Shown: piece after piece, positions 33,422 to 43,187 of the stretch
Position numbering within the stretch: the first letter of the stretch is position 1
Layout of the letters: every line of letters begins with the position of its first letter
Assembly: GCA_041690595.1 (NCBI GenBank)
Contig: JAWLHB010000021.1
Location: forward strand, 70,599 to 134,598
Direction: 5' to 3'
DNA from: Lentisphaeria bacterium
GTDB taxonomy: Bacteria; Verrucomicrobiota; Lentisphaeria; JABSQK01; JAWLHB01
Length of the DNA stretch: 64,000 bases
Notes under the pieces: generated by a model
Databases searched by the model: none
What the model was told of the DNA's origin: nothing
What the model saw: the letters and a program-made list of their open reading frames with translations, nothing else
Made by a program: the position numbers and the translations under genes

Positions 33422-34954
33422 TTGCATGTGCTGATTGTCCAGGATACTTCTGACGAAGCGCAGACCCTGAGCCAAACCATTCAGGAGGCTGGGATCGGCG
33501 AAAGGTTGACCTGTGTACATTCCCTGATGGCCGCCCGTGACGCGTTGCGGCGGGTAACCCCCGATCTGCTTATCGTTGCCGAGCAGCTGCCGGACGGCAG
33601 TGGCCTCTCCTTGCTTCCCGGAATCGGTGAGGAGAGCAACTATCCCATACTCTTCCTGGCGGGGAAGGTCGCAAATGGAATCGGGGTGGAGGCGGTGCGA
33701 GCCGGGGCGCTGGAATGCATAACCAGTACGCCGGAGTCGATCGCTAATATTGAGCACGTCATCGAGCGCACACTCCGCTACTGGGAGCTGGTGCAGGACC
33801 AGCGCAAGCTGCGGCACAAGTTGCAGGAGATGGAGAAGCTGCAGGCCATCGGCCAACTCGCCGGCGGCATAGCCCACGACTTCAACAACCAGCTGGCGGT
33901 GATGATGGGATACGCGGAGATCCTCCTCATGAAGCTGGAGACCACCAGCCCCCTCCGCGATTATGCACGGCAGATTCGTGTCGCCTGCCGAAAAACGCAG
34001 TCCCTTACTCAGCAACTCCTTGCTTACGCCCGAAAGGGCAATTACCAGGAGGTGCCGGTCAACCTCCGGCAGCTTCTGGAAGGTCTCGTTTCCTGGGTGC
34101 GGGAGACGACCCCACTGGCCACGGTCAAAAGTGATTTCGCCAGCGAATCCTGTGCGACGCTGGGTGATCCCGAACAGCTTCACGATCTGGTCCTGCACAT
34201 CGTGCGCAATGCGCGCCAGGCGATTCAGAGTGGCGGCACCATCCGGATCGGTTGTCGCAATATCGTGCTTGGTGATCAGGAGTGCCGCCGCCTGCCCTTT
34301 CGTCTCAACCCCGGGAACTTTGTGGATCTGGAGATTGCCGATGACGGTGTGGGGATGAGCCGCGAGGTAGCCCGCCATGCCTTTGAACCCTACTTCACGA
34401 CGCATCCTGCAGGTCAGGGAACCGGCATGGGTTTGGCCGCGGCCTACGGTACGGTGGTGAATCACCATGGGGCGATTGAGATTGAGTCGGCTCCAGGAAA
34501 AGGCACCCGTGTCCACGTTTATCTTCCACGGCATTCCGAGACCGATGCGTTCGGCAACGCCACCGTCTCCCTGCCGGAGGCTGCGAGCGCCGCACAGATC
34601 CTCCTGATCGATGATGAAAAAGGCGTTGCTGCCGTCGGCCGGGAGATGCTGGAAATGCTCGGCTACTCGGTGACCGTCTACCATTCCGGGCAGGAAGCCA
34701 TCGAATTCTACGAGAAGCATGGCCGGCAGGTGGACCTGGTGCTGCTCGACATGCGCATGCCGCGGATGGATGGCCCGCAGGTCTTTGCCCGATTGCGCCA
34801 GCTCGATCCGCATGTGCGCGTCGTCATCTGTACCGGTTACAGCATCAATGAGGCCATCGAAGAGATGCTTGCGGATGGGGCGCTTGATGTCCTCCAGAAA
34901 CCGTACTCGATGGAAGCCCTGCAGAAGGTTATCGAGCGCGAACTGCCCACCTGA
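33422..34954 (+). CDS. hybrid histidine kinase: N-terminal pseudo-receiver, HisKA, HATPase, C-terminal canonical receiver
   Basis: H-box AGGIAHDFNNQL. G-box GTGMGLAAAYG. The C-terminal REC has LLDMRMPRMDG, CTGY and QKP. The N-terminal REC-like domain reads DLLIVAEQLPDGSG, FLAG and TSTP at the Asp, Thr and Lys positions. Start is TTG 33422 or GTG 33428. Confidence 0.85.
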   Translation: MHVLIVQDTSDEAQTLSQTIQEAGIGERLTCVHSLMAARDALRRVTPDLLIVAEQLPDGSGLSLLPGIGEESNYPILFLAGKVANGIGVEAVRAGALECITSTPESIANIEHVIERTLRYWELVQDQRKLRHKLQEMEKLQAIGQLAGGIAHDFNNQLAVMMGYAEILLMKLETTSPLRDYARQIRVACRKTQSLTQQLLAYARKGNYQEVPVNLRQLLEGLVSWVRETTPLATVKSDFASESCATLGDPEQLHDLVLHIVRNARQAIQSGGTIRIGCRNIVLGDQECRRLPFRLNPGNFVDLEIADDGVGMSREVARHAFEPYFTTHPAGQGTGMGLAAAYGTVVNHHGAIEIESAPGKGTRVHVYLPRHSETDAFGNATVSLPEAASAAQILLIDDEKGVAAVGREMLEMLGYSVTVYHSGQEAIEFYEKHGRQVDLVLLDMRMPRMDGPQVFARLRQLDPHVRVVICTGYSINEAIEEMLADGALDVLQKPYSMEALQKVIERELPT

Positions 34955-34957
34955 ACC

Positions 34958-35362
34958 TCATCCCTCTTTCCCGGATGGCGGAATTCGCTCGATGTGGCTC
35001 TGGAGAATGAAGGCAATCGTTCTCGCCCGTTGTTTTGCCGTTTCCGCGACCGGACCGGCAAAATGCTCGTTCATGGTTTCGTCGAAAACCTCGAGCCACC
35101 GGGCAAAATGCTCCTGGCGCAGCGGCGAGAGGCGATTCAGCTCCGCGTGCGCTTCGAGCGGCGTCCCCTTGTAGCGGGGCACGCTGAAGAGAACCGTTTC
35201 CCAGAAGTCCCCGATTCTGGGCAGATGCGTCTCCAGATCGAGATGAACCACTTGCGTGAAGAGATATCCGATCCGCGGATCGGCCATGACCCGCTCGTAG
35301 AAAGCCTTGAGCAAGATGTCGATATCCTTGCGATCGCGCAGATCGTGCATGCCGATAACCAC
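34958..35362 (-). CDS. group III truncated haemoglobin
   Basis: DIDILLKAFYERVMADPRIGYLF ... IGDFWETVLF ... YKGTPLEAHAEL ... EHFARWLEVFDETM aligns with Ctb-type trHb as I recall it. Start is GTG 35362 or ATG 35350. Confidence 0.7.
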   Translation of the reverse strand: MVIGMHDLRDRKDIDILLKAFYERVMADPRIGYLFTQVVHLDLETHLPRIGDFWETVLFSVPRYKGTPLEAHAELNRLSPLRQEHFARWLEVFDETMNEHFAGPVAETAKQRARTIAFILQSHIERIPPSGKEG

Positions 35363-35566
35363 CGTTAAATGAGTGTTTCTGGAAGAGAGACACTACCACC
35401 CTCCCCTTGCCATTGTCAACTCCCCCAGCCCTTTGCGCCCCAGGCCGAAACGCACCAGCACAAGCAAAAATGGCTGGTTCCTCTTGTCAGTCCGAGAATC
35501 CGCGCTATAAAGTACCGACCTCTTGTCGTCCTTATATCCCAATTTCCGAAGTAAAAGAAGCACCAC

Positions 35567-36610
35567 ATGTCCCTACCTCACTGCAACCGACTGCTGGCAC
35601 TCTTCGTCGGACTCTTCATCTGCAACGCTATCTTCGCCGATACCGTGGTCATTGCCGACGGATCCACGCTCAAAGGTACCGTCAAGAGGGTTGCCGATGG
35701 CAAGCTCACTCTGGTGACCGAATTCGCCGGTACCTTGACCATCGAGATGGAGAAGGTGCAACGCGTATGGACCGACGAGACCCTGCACATCGCCTTGGAA
35801 AGCGGCAATACCCTGGTAGGCAAGCTCACCGAGCGCGACGGAACGCTGGTCGTGGAGACGGTCAACGGGCCTATGACTATCGCCAACGACAAGATCACCT
35901 CCGTCTGGGGAAAAGGCGATCCCTCTCCCGCCGTCGAGGCGGTTCGCGCCACCATGCGCAAGTGGCGCTATGAAGCCAACTTTGACTTGAGCGGTCGCAC
36001 CGGCAATACGGACCGCGTCTCCATGGCCGGAGGCGGCAAGGCGGTTCTCGAAGGGCCCGACGATCGCTTCATGCTCTACCTGCGCAAGCAGTACGCCGAG
36101 ACCGAGGGCGAAAAGACCGTCGACGAAACCGTGGCCGGCATGGATTTCGAGCGTCGCTTCGCCAAGCGCCATTCCTGGTATACCCGCGGTGAAATTGAGC
36201 GCGACGACATCGAGCTGCTCAACCTGCGCACTACCGTGGCGGCTGGTTATGGCTACTATTTCATTGACGAAGACGATCATCGGCTGCGCGGACGCCTTGG
36301 CGGTTTCTACCGTCATCAGGCATGGCAGGAACAGGAAGACGATTCCACCTACGGTCTCGACGTGAACGTCCTGCACATGTATGAGTTCGGCACCCGCGCC
36401 CGCCTCAATAATGAGATTACCTGGACACCGAGCATCGAGGAGACCGGAGAGTTCCGCCTCTACCACGAGTCGTCCCTCGAGTTTCCGCTTACCTCCGAGC
36501 GCATGAAGATGGCGATCGGCGTCTCCAACGAGTACAATTCCGAAGTGAGCGGCGACACCAAGGAGCTGGATACCTATTACTTCGTTCGCCTGATACTCAC
36601 CTGGAAGTAA
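35567..36610 (+). CDS. DUF481-type outer-membrane beta-barrel protein
   Basis: Signal peptide LLALFVGLFICNAIFA. Alternating amphipathic beta-strand pattern with Tyr/Trp girdles. TATAAAGT box at 35506, 56 nt upstream. Confidence 0.6.
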   Translation: MSLPHCNRLLALFVGLFICNAIFADTVVIADGSTLKGTVKRVADGKLTLVTEFAGTLTIEMEKVQRVWTDETLHIALESGNTLVGKLTERDGTLVVETVNGPMTIANDKITSVWGKGDPSPAVEAVRATMRKWRYEANFDLSGRTGNTDRVSMAGGGKAVLEGPDDRFMLYLRKQYAETEGEKTVDETVAGMDFERRFAKRHSWYTRGEIERDDIELLNLRTTVAAGYGYYFIDEDDHRLRGRLGGFYRHQAWQEQEDDSTYGLDVNVLHMYEFGTRARLNNEITWTPSIEETGEFRLYHESSLEFPLTSERMKMAIGVSNEYNSEVSGDTKELDTYYFVRLILTWK

Positions 36611-36692
36611 AATTGACGTTCCTTCCATCCCCCCCGACTCCCTGCATCCCAGCTTTCTTCCAACTGACGTTTGCAGTGGGAAAGCCAGCGAG

Positions 36693-36698
36693 TATAGT
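36693..36698 (+). promoter_or_regulatory. candidate promoter: TTGCAG (36671-36676), 16-nt spacer, TATAGT, upstream of cysJ
   Basis: Read directly. The -10 box is 98 nt upstream of ATG 36796. Confidence 0.45.
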
Positions 36699-36795
36699 AT
36701 CTGGAAACCCATAATTGTTTACTGGTTTATATGCCTTTCGCTGCGGCCCCCATGGCCTCGACGGCACATTCAGGAACACGAGCAAGTAGAAGACG

Positions 36796-38661
36796 ATGCA
36801 GATTTCAGCACTTGACACGACCACGAGTCCGCTGACGGCGGAACAAGCTGCCTTGTTGAACCAACTGGTGGCTTCGCTTAGCCCGACGCAAGTCGCCTGG
36901 CTTGGCGGCTACCTCTCCGGAGTGGCCGGTTATACGCAGAGCCTTTTGGGCCTCTTGCAGCCCGGGCAAAACGGCATGGCAACCGCGGGTACACTGCCCT
37001 CACCGAGCGCCGCTGCGTCCGGCGCACCCGAAGTGACGATCCTCTTCGGTTCACAGACCGGCAACGGCGAAAAAGTGGCAAAGAAGCTGCAAAGCGCCGC
37101 CCTGGCCAAGGGGCTCCAGGCAACCATTCAGGATATGGGCAGCTACCGCCCCACCATGCTGAAGCAGGCAACCTGCCTGCTGATCATCGTCAGCACCCAT
37201 GGCGAAGGCGACCCACCCGACCGCGTCCGCGAACTGCACTCCTTCCTCTATGGAAAGCGCGCCCCCAAACTCGATGGCGTCGACTATTCCGTCCTCGCCC
37301 TGGGCGACCGCACCTATCGCCACTACTGCAAGATCGGCAAGGATTTCGACGCCCGATTGGAAGAACTGGGCGCCAAACGCATTCATGACCGGATCGACTG
37401 CGATGTCGATTATGAGGATGCAGCCCAGCTCTGGATCGACGGCGTTACCGCTCTCCTTGCGCGCAAGGCGGGTCCTGCGCCGGCCGGCGCTGCTCCCCAA
37501 GGCTTTGCCCTCGGCGCCATGGCGGCGGCCACCACCTCCGAGTACGACCGCAAGAATCCCTTCATGGCCGGCTTGCTCGAACGTATCGTGCTGACGGATG
37601 AAGGTTCCGAGAAAGAGACCCTCCACGTCGAGATCTCCCTCGAAGGCTCGGGCCTTACCTACCAGCCCGGCGATTCCCTCGGCGTCTTCCCCACGAACTC
37701 ACCGGAACTGGTGGATGCGGTCCTGACGGCCTCCAGACTGGATGGCGATGCCACCGTGACCACCCACGAAGGTGAGGGTGGCAATCTGCGCGAACTCCTG
37801 ACGCAACGCTACGAGATCGCCCAACTGACACCCGATGTCATCGAGAAGTACGCGAACTTCGGGAGCATCTCCGAACTGCAGGCGCTCATGAGCGAAGATC
37901 GCTTCGACGACCTGCAGAGCTACCTGCACGGCCGCGACCTCGTTGATCTCCTTCAAGACTATCCCCTCGACATGTATCCCAACGATCTCGTCGATATTCT
38001 GCGCAAGATGACCCCCAGGCTCTACTCCCTCGCCTCCAGCCTCGAAGCGTGCCCCGAAGAGGCACACCTCTGCATTGCCCCCGTCAGCTATGCCACCTAT
38101 GGGCGCGACCGTTTCGGCGTCTGCTCCTCCTACTTCGCACGCCGCCTCGAGGATGATGGAAAGATCCCCGTCTATATCCATGAGAACAACTACTTCAGGC
38201 TGCCTGAGGATCCGCGGGCCGACATGATCATGGTCGGACCGGGAACCGGCGTCGCCCCCTTCCGCGCCTTCATGCAGCACCGCGAGATGCTCGGGCACGA
38301 AGGGCGGAACTGGCTCTTCTTCGGCGAACAACACTTCCGCACCGACTTCCTCTACCAGGCCGAGTGGCTCCAATGGCGCGCCTCCGGCCTTCTGACCCAC
38401 CTCGATGCAGCCTTTTCGCGCGACCAGGATCACAAAATCTACGTCCAGCATCGCTTGAAAGAGCGTGCCGGCGAACTCTATGAGTGGCTCCAGAATGGCG
38501 CCCACTTCTACGTGTGCGGCGATGAAAGCCGCATGGCCCACGATGTCCATGCCGCCCTCGTCGAGATCGTCATGGAGCAGGGCCGCCTATCCGCCGAAGC
38601 CGCGGAAGACTACGTAAACGACCTGCGCAGAAGCAACCGCTATCAACGCGATGTCTATTGA
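36796..38661 (+). CDS. cysJ: assimilatory sulfite reductase (NADPH) flavoprotein alpha subunit
   Basis: N-terminus LTAEQAALLNQLVASLSPTQVAWLGGYLSG resembles E. coli CysJ. Flavodoxin VTILFGSQTGNGE, FAD RLYSLASS, NADPH GPGTGVAPFRAF, FYVCGD. Confidence 0.92.
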   Translation: MQISALDTTTSPLTAEQAALLNQLVASLSPTQVAWLGGYLSGVAGYTQSLLGLLQPGQNGMATAGTLPSPSAAASGAPEVTILFGSQTGNGEKVAKKLQSAALAKGLQATIQDMGSYRPTMLKQATCLLIIVSTHGEGDPPDRVRELHSFLYGKRAPKLDGVDYSVLALGDRTYRHYCKIGKDFDARLEELGAKRIHDRIDCDVDYEDAAQLWIDGVTALLARKAGPAPAGAAPQGFALGAMAAATTSEYDRKNPFMAGLLERIVLTDEGSEKETLHVEISLEGSGLTYQPGDSLGVFPTNSPELVDAVLTASRLDGDATVTTHEGEGGNLRELLTQRYEIAQLTPDVIEKYANFGSISELQALMSEDRFDDLQSYLHGRDLVDLLQDYPLDMYPNDLVDILRKMTPRLYSLASSLEACPEEAHLCIAPVSYATYGRDRFGVCSSYFARRLEDDGKIPVYIHENNYFRLPEDPRADMIMVGPGTGVAPFRAFMQHREMLGHEGRNWLFFGEQHFRTDFLYQAEWLQWRASGLLTHLDAAFSRDQDHKIYVQHRLKERAGELYEWLQNGAHFYVCGDESRMAHDVHAALVEIVMEQGRLSAEAAEDYVNDLRRSNRYQRDVY

Positions 38662-38707
38662 CCCCACCCCCTTTCAGGATCAGCAACCTTTGGAGGTTGA
38701 TGCAAAT

Positions 38708-40429
38708 ATGGCTGCCAACGACAATCAGCATGGCCCACCCAGCGACATGGAACGCATCAAGGAGACGAGCAATTATCTCCGCGGTACCATTGTCGAGAGT
38801 CTCAACGATGCCGTCACCGGCGCTATCGCCGCCGACGATCAGCAGCTCACGAAATTCCATGGTACCTACCAGCAGGATGATCGGGATGCACGCTTGCGCC
38901 GACAGCACAAGAAGCTCGAGCCCGCTTTCACCTTCATGGTTCGCGTCGGTATCCCTGGCGGGCTTGCCACCGCCGATCAATGGATCGTCATGGACGACCT
39001 CTCCGTCAAGTACGCCAACAACACCCTCAAGCTGACGACCCGCCAGGCCTTCCAGCTGCACGGCGTCCTCAAGTCCAATCTCTGGGCCGCCATTCACGAG
39101 ATCAACGCGGCACTCATGACAAGCATTGCCGCGTGTGGCGACGTCTGCCGCAATACCATGGCTACCCCCAATCCCGACGCCTCGACCATCCATCAGCAGG
39201 TCTACGAGGCCACCATGGACATTGCACGCCTCGTACGGCCCCAAACCAACGCCTATCACGAGATCTGGGTCGACGACAAGAAGGTGCTGACGAGCAAGGA
39301 TGAGCGACCGCCGGAAGAGGTGGAGCCGCTCTACCTCAAGCACTACCTGCCGCGCAAGTTCAAGATCGGACTGGCGATCCCCCCGCACAACGACATCGAT
39401 GTCTTCAGCCAGGACCTCGGCATGATCGCCATCGCCGAAGGCGACCGCCTCGTCGGTTTCAACCTCGTCTGCGGCGGCGGCATGGGGATGAGCCATGGCA
39501 AGCCCGAGACCTACCCCAATGCCGGCACCGTCATCGGCTTCTGCACCGCCGATCAGCTTTGCCAGGTGACGGAGCAGCTCGTCACCATTCAGCGCGACTT
39601 CGGCGACCGCTCCAACCGCCAACATGCACGCTTCAAGTACACCATCGACGATCGCGGCATCGACTGGTTGATCGGCGAACTAAACTCCCGCCTTGGCTGG
39701 CAGATCGAATCCGCCCGTCCCTATGCCTTCGAGAGCAATGGCGATTCCTACGGCTGGCTCAAGGGTATCGACGGCGCCTGGTACATGACCCTCTTCATCG
39801 AGAACGGCAGGGTGCGCGATGCCGGAGACCTGCGCATGAAGACAGGCCTCCGCAAGATCGCCGAGCTCGGCCTCTGCGACTTCCGCCTCACCGGCAACCA
39901 AAACCTCATCCTCGGCAAGGTCGCCTCCAGCAATAAGAAGAAGCTTCAGAAGCTGCTCGACGAGTACGGCATCACCGCCGTACAGAGCACCTCCGCGGCC
40001 CGCCTCAACTCCATGGCCTGCGCCTCTCTCCCCTACTGTGGTCTCGCCATGGCCGAAAGCGAACGCTACCTCCCTGACCTGATGACCCGCATCGAGACGA
40101 TGATCAAGGAGGCTGGCATCTGGGAGGTGCCCATCACCATCCGCATGACTGGCTGCCCCAACGGCTGCGCCCGCCCCTACCTGGCTGAAATCGCCTTTGT
40201 CGGCAAGTCACCCGGCCATTACAACGTCTACCTGGGCGCCGGCTTCACGGGCGATCGCCTGAACAAGCTCTATCGCGAAGGGATCGACGAAGAGACGATC
40301 CTACAGGAGTTGGAGCCGCTCATCAAACACTTTGCCGCCGAGCGCCTGAATGGCGAACACTTCGGCGACTTCGTCATCCGAGCCGGATACGTCAAGCCTA
40401 CGACCGCGGGTCTCAATTTTCACGACTGA
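38708..40429 (+). CDS. cysI: assimilatory sulfite reductase hemoprotein beta subunit
   Basis: ERIKETSNYLRGTIVESLND resembles the E. coli CysI N-terminus. Cys cluster ACASLPYCGLA ... TGCPNGCARPY. GGAGG lies 11 nt before ATG 38708. The alternative ATG 38651 overlaps cysJ by 11 nt. Confidence 0.92.
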   Translation: MAANDNQHGPPSDMERIKETSNYLRGTIVESLNDAVTGAIAADDQQLTKFHGTYQQDDRDARLRRQHKKLEPAFTFMVRVGIPGGLATADQWIVMDDLSVKYANNTLKLTTRQAFQLHGVLKSNLWAAIHEINAALMTSIAACGDVCRNTMATPNPDASTIHQQVYEATMDIARLVRPQTNAYHEIWVDDKKVLTSKDERPPEEVEPLYLKHYLPRKFKIGLAIPPHNDIDVFSQDLGMIAIAEGDRLVGFNLVCGGGMGMSHGKPETYPNAGTVIGFCTADQLCQVTEQLVTIQRDFGDRSNRQHARFKYTIDDRGIDWLIGELNSRLGWQIESARPYAFESNGDSYGWLKGIDGAWYMTLFIENGRVRDAGDLRMKTGLRKIAELGLCDFRLTGNQNLILGKVASSNKKKLQKLLDEYGITAVQSTSAARLNSMACASLPYCGLAMAESERYLPDLMTRIETMIKEAGIWEVPITIRMTGCPNGCARPYLAEIAFVGKSPGHYNVYLGAGFTGDRLNKLYREGIDEETILQELEPLIKHFAAERLNGEHFGDFVIRAGYVKPTTAGLNFHD

Positions 40430-40438
40430 GCTTCCGCC

Positions 40439-43117
40439 TCATTCCTCCGAGAAGAACTCGCCCGGCATGCCGTCAACCGGCACGTCATCCAGCAGACACC
40501 GAACGATGCGGGCCAGTGACGACATGGAGAAGGGCTTGGTCAGGATCGGCCCGATTCCATTGATCAGCACTTCACTCCGTATTCGCTCATGGGCATAGCC
40601 CGATATCAGCAGCACCTTCAGCCCCGGCCACATCTCGCACAGGCGACTGTAGACGCGGGGGCCGCTCAAACCAGGCATGATCACGTCAGTAATCAGCAGA
40701 TCCACCGGCTTCTCCAGGCTCTCGGCAATAGCCAGCGCCCGGTGCCCATCAGGGGCCTCGATGATCTGGTATCCCAGCGACGTCAGGATCTCCACAAGCA
40801 CATGGCGGGCCAGCGGCTCGTCCTCCACCAGCAGGATCGTCTCACTGCCCCCCGCAAACTCCGGCTCGGTAGCGCTCTTCCGCGCGCTCTCCGCTTCCTG
40901 CTCGCCGCACGGCAGATAAACCTTGAACATCGTCCCGATTTCCAGGCGGGAATCCACCGTGATGAGACCGCTGTGCTGCTTGACGATGCTGTAGACAGTC
41001 GACAAGCCGAGGCCAGTACCCCGATCCCGCTCTTTCGTCGTGAAAAAAGGCTCGTAGATATGATCGATAACATCCTGCGGAATCCCATGGCCAGTATCCT
41101 TCACGCTGATCATCACGTACCAGCCGACGGTGGTCAGCGCATTGCGCCTCGCCGTCTCCGCATCGAAGAAAACCTTCGACGTGGCAATCTCGATCTGACC
41201 GCCCCCCGGCATCGCATCACGCGCATTCACCACCAGATTCAGCAGGATCTGGCGGATCTGTTCGATGTCCGCCGTGATCGGCCCCAGCTTCTGATCCAGA
41301 TTGCAGATCAGGCGCACATCCTCGCCAATCAGTCGTTCGAGCATGCTCGCCACCCCGCCGATCACCTCGTTCAGATCACACGGCCCCACATGAAGCGCCT
41401 GGCGACGGCTGATCGTCATCAGCTTGCGGATCAGCTCCGTTGCATGATTCCCCGCCTTCCGGATCTCCGTCAACTGCCGGTGCAGAGGATCGGTCGCATC
41501 CAGCCGGCGCAACGCCAGATCGGCAAAAAGCATGATCCCCATCAGGAGGTTGTTGAAGTCATGCGCAACTCCCCCGGCAAGCCTGCCGATCGACTCCATG
41601 TTCTGCGCCTGCCGCAACTGCGCCTCCAACTCCCGCTCCGACGTCACATCCCGCTTGACGGCGACGAAGTTGACGATCCGGTCATGGTCGTCGCGAACCG
41701 GTGAAATGGTCGCCTCTTCATGATAAATTTCGCCACTCTTGCGCCGGTTCACAAATTCACCCGACCAGACTTCCCCCCGGTTCAACGCACCCCAGAGCTG
41801 CTGGTAGAACTGCCGGGAGTGCTGCCCGCTGCTCTGCATGCTCGTCGGCTGCCCGATGCATTCGTGAACCTCATAGCCCGTGGTATGGCAGAAGGCGGGA
41901 TTGACGTACTCGATGATGCCATCGGTCGAGGTGATCATGATCGACTCCGCCGCCTGCTCGATTGCCGTGATCAGGCGCCCACCTGCTTCCTCCGCTTCCC
42001 GCCGTCCGGAGGTATCCTGATAGACGCCCGCGATGCGTAGCGGCACCCCTTGCTCGTCATCCTGTATCGATTGCCCACGCCAGTGAATCCACCGCCAGCT
42101 CCCTTCACGATCGAAGATGCGCACTTCGCATTCCCGACACCCTGCGTGGGGCTGCCGAAGGCTCTCAAGGAAGGCGCTCCAGCGATTGAAGTCGGCGGGA
42201 TGCAGAAAGCGCTCCAGATCCCCAAGGCTAGAGCTGTTCAGCCCCGAATGGCCGCGAATCAACCCGAAAGTGTTGTCCGTCAGCGTCACGATCCCGCTCT
42301 GCAGCCAGATCTCCCACCGGTCGAGCCCACCCTCATGAGTCGCTACGTCCAGGAGAAATTCCGCCTCATGACGTGCCCGGTCACCGCGTATGACAGCCAT
42401 CGAGGCGGCAACCATGCCGGCGTGGAGAGGCAGCAGCTCCGCCATCCCCGCCGGCGCCGGCGCATCCGCAAACAGAATCGCCCGCAAGCGCCCATGCGCT
42501 CCGATCACCAGCGGATAAACCAGCAGATCCGGCTCCTTATCGAGGAATGCGGAAATGCCGCCGATCTCCTGGCTGGGAAAGGGATCGCCGCCACGCCGTA
42601 CCCGCTCGTGCACATCGCTGAAGCGTTCCGCCGATACGGTAGCATGCAACTCCCTGGCATCAGCGCCCACTCGCCGGAAGGCAAAGGCTTCCCCCGGATC
42701 CCGGTGAGGATAGGCATCCCCTATCATCGCGATCACGTACTCGCTACCTGTCAACGACTGAAGTCGGCGCAACTGCAGGTAGATCTCGTGAGCTTCCGCC
42801 GTTTCCGTCTCCGCCGCCCCCTCCTGCGTCACCGTCAATGGCAGGCGGCGCCTCGCGTGAAGCCATTTCCGCAGCGGCGTTATTGCCTCGACCGACGGGC
42901 AGATCCAGACCAGCGGCCGCGCGCCGTCGCCATCCAGCGCCGCCAATTGCGGCGCCGACGCATGCTCCACCACCATCAACTCCGCCCCGGAAGCATCCGT
43001 GAAGCTGAGTTCGACTTCCCCCGCCGCCTGGCCAAGCTGTTGCAGAGCTTCACGGAGCGCGGTATCGGCAGTGGCGGCAAAGATCTTCATGCACATCGCA
43101 GGTAAGAGAGTGTTCAC
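40439..43117 (-). CDS. cytoplasmic hybrid histidine kinase (unassigned/GAF-like N-terminal region, PAS domains, HisKA, HATPase, receiver)
   Basis: H-box AGGVAHDFNNLL. GTGLGLSTVYS. Receiver LLITDVIMPGLSG, ISGY, TKPF. PAS-like segments. No TM helix. Start uncertain (GTG 43117, ATG 43096 or 43090). Confidence 0.85.
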   Translation of the reverse strand: MNTLLPAMCMKIFAATADTALREALQQLGQAAGEVELSFTDASGAELMVVEHASAPQLAALDGDGARPLVWICPSVEAITPLRKWLHARRRLPLTVTQEGAAETETAEAHEIYLQLRRLQSLTGSEYVIAMIGDAYPHRDPGEAFAFRRVGADARELHATVSAERFSDVHERVRRGGDPFPSQEIGGISAFLDKEPDLLVYPLVIGAHGRLRAILFADAPAPAGMAELLPLHAGMVAASMAVIRGDRARHEAEFLLDVATHEGGLDRWEIWLQSGIVTLTDNTFGLIRGHSGLNSSSLGDLERFLHPADFNRWSAFLESLRQPHAGCRECEVRIFDREGSWRWIHWRGQSIQDDEQGVPLRIAGVYQDTSGRREAEEAGGRLITAIEQAAESIMITSTDGIIEYVNPAFCHTTGYEVHECIGQPTSMQSSGQHSRQFYQQLWGALNRGEVWSGEFVNRRKSGEIYHEEATISPVRDDHDRIVNFVAVKRDVTSERELEAQLRQAQNMESIGRLAGGVAHDFNNLLMGIMLFADLALRRLDATDPLHRQLTEIRKAGNHATELIRKLMTISRRQALHVGPCDLNEVIGGVASMLERLIGEDVRLICNLDQKLGPITADIEQIRQILLNLVVNARDAMPGGGQIEIATSKVFFDAETARRNALTTVGWYVMISVKDTGHGIPQDVIDHIYEPFFTTKERDRGTGLGLSTVYSIVKQHSGLITVDSRLEIGTMFKVYLPCGEQEAESARKSATEPEFAGGSETILLVEDEPLARHVLVEILTSLGYQIIEAPDGHRALAIAESLEKPVDLLITDVIMPGLSGPRVYSRLCEMWPGLKVLLISGYAHERIRSEVLINGIGPILTKPFSMSSLARIVRCLLDDVPVDGMPGEFFSEE

Positions 43118-43187
43118 ACCCGAATAGTCCCCAGAATATACTCACCCGAATCCAGGATGGCGAACCCTTTCCTGCACTCTCCCCGCA

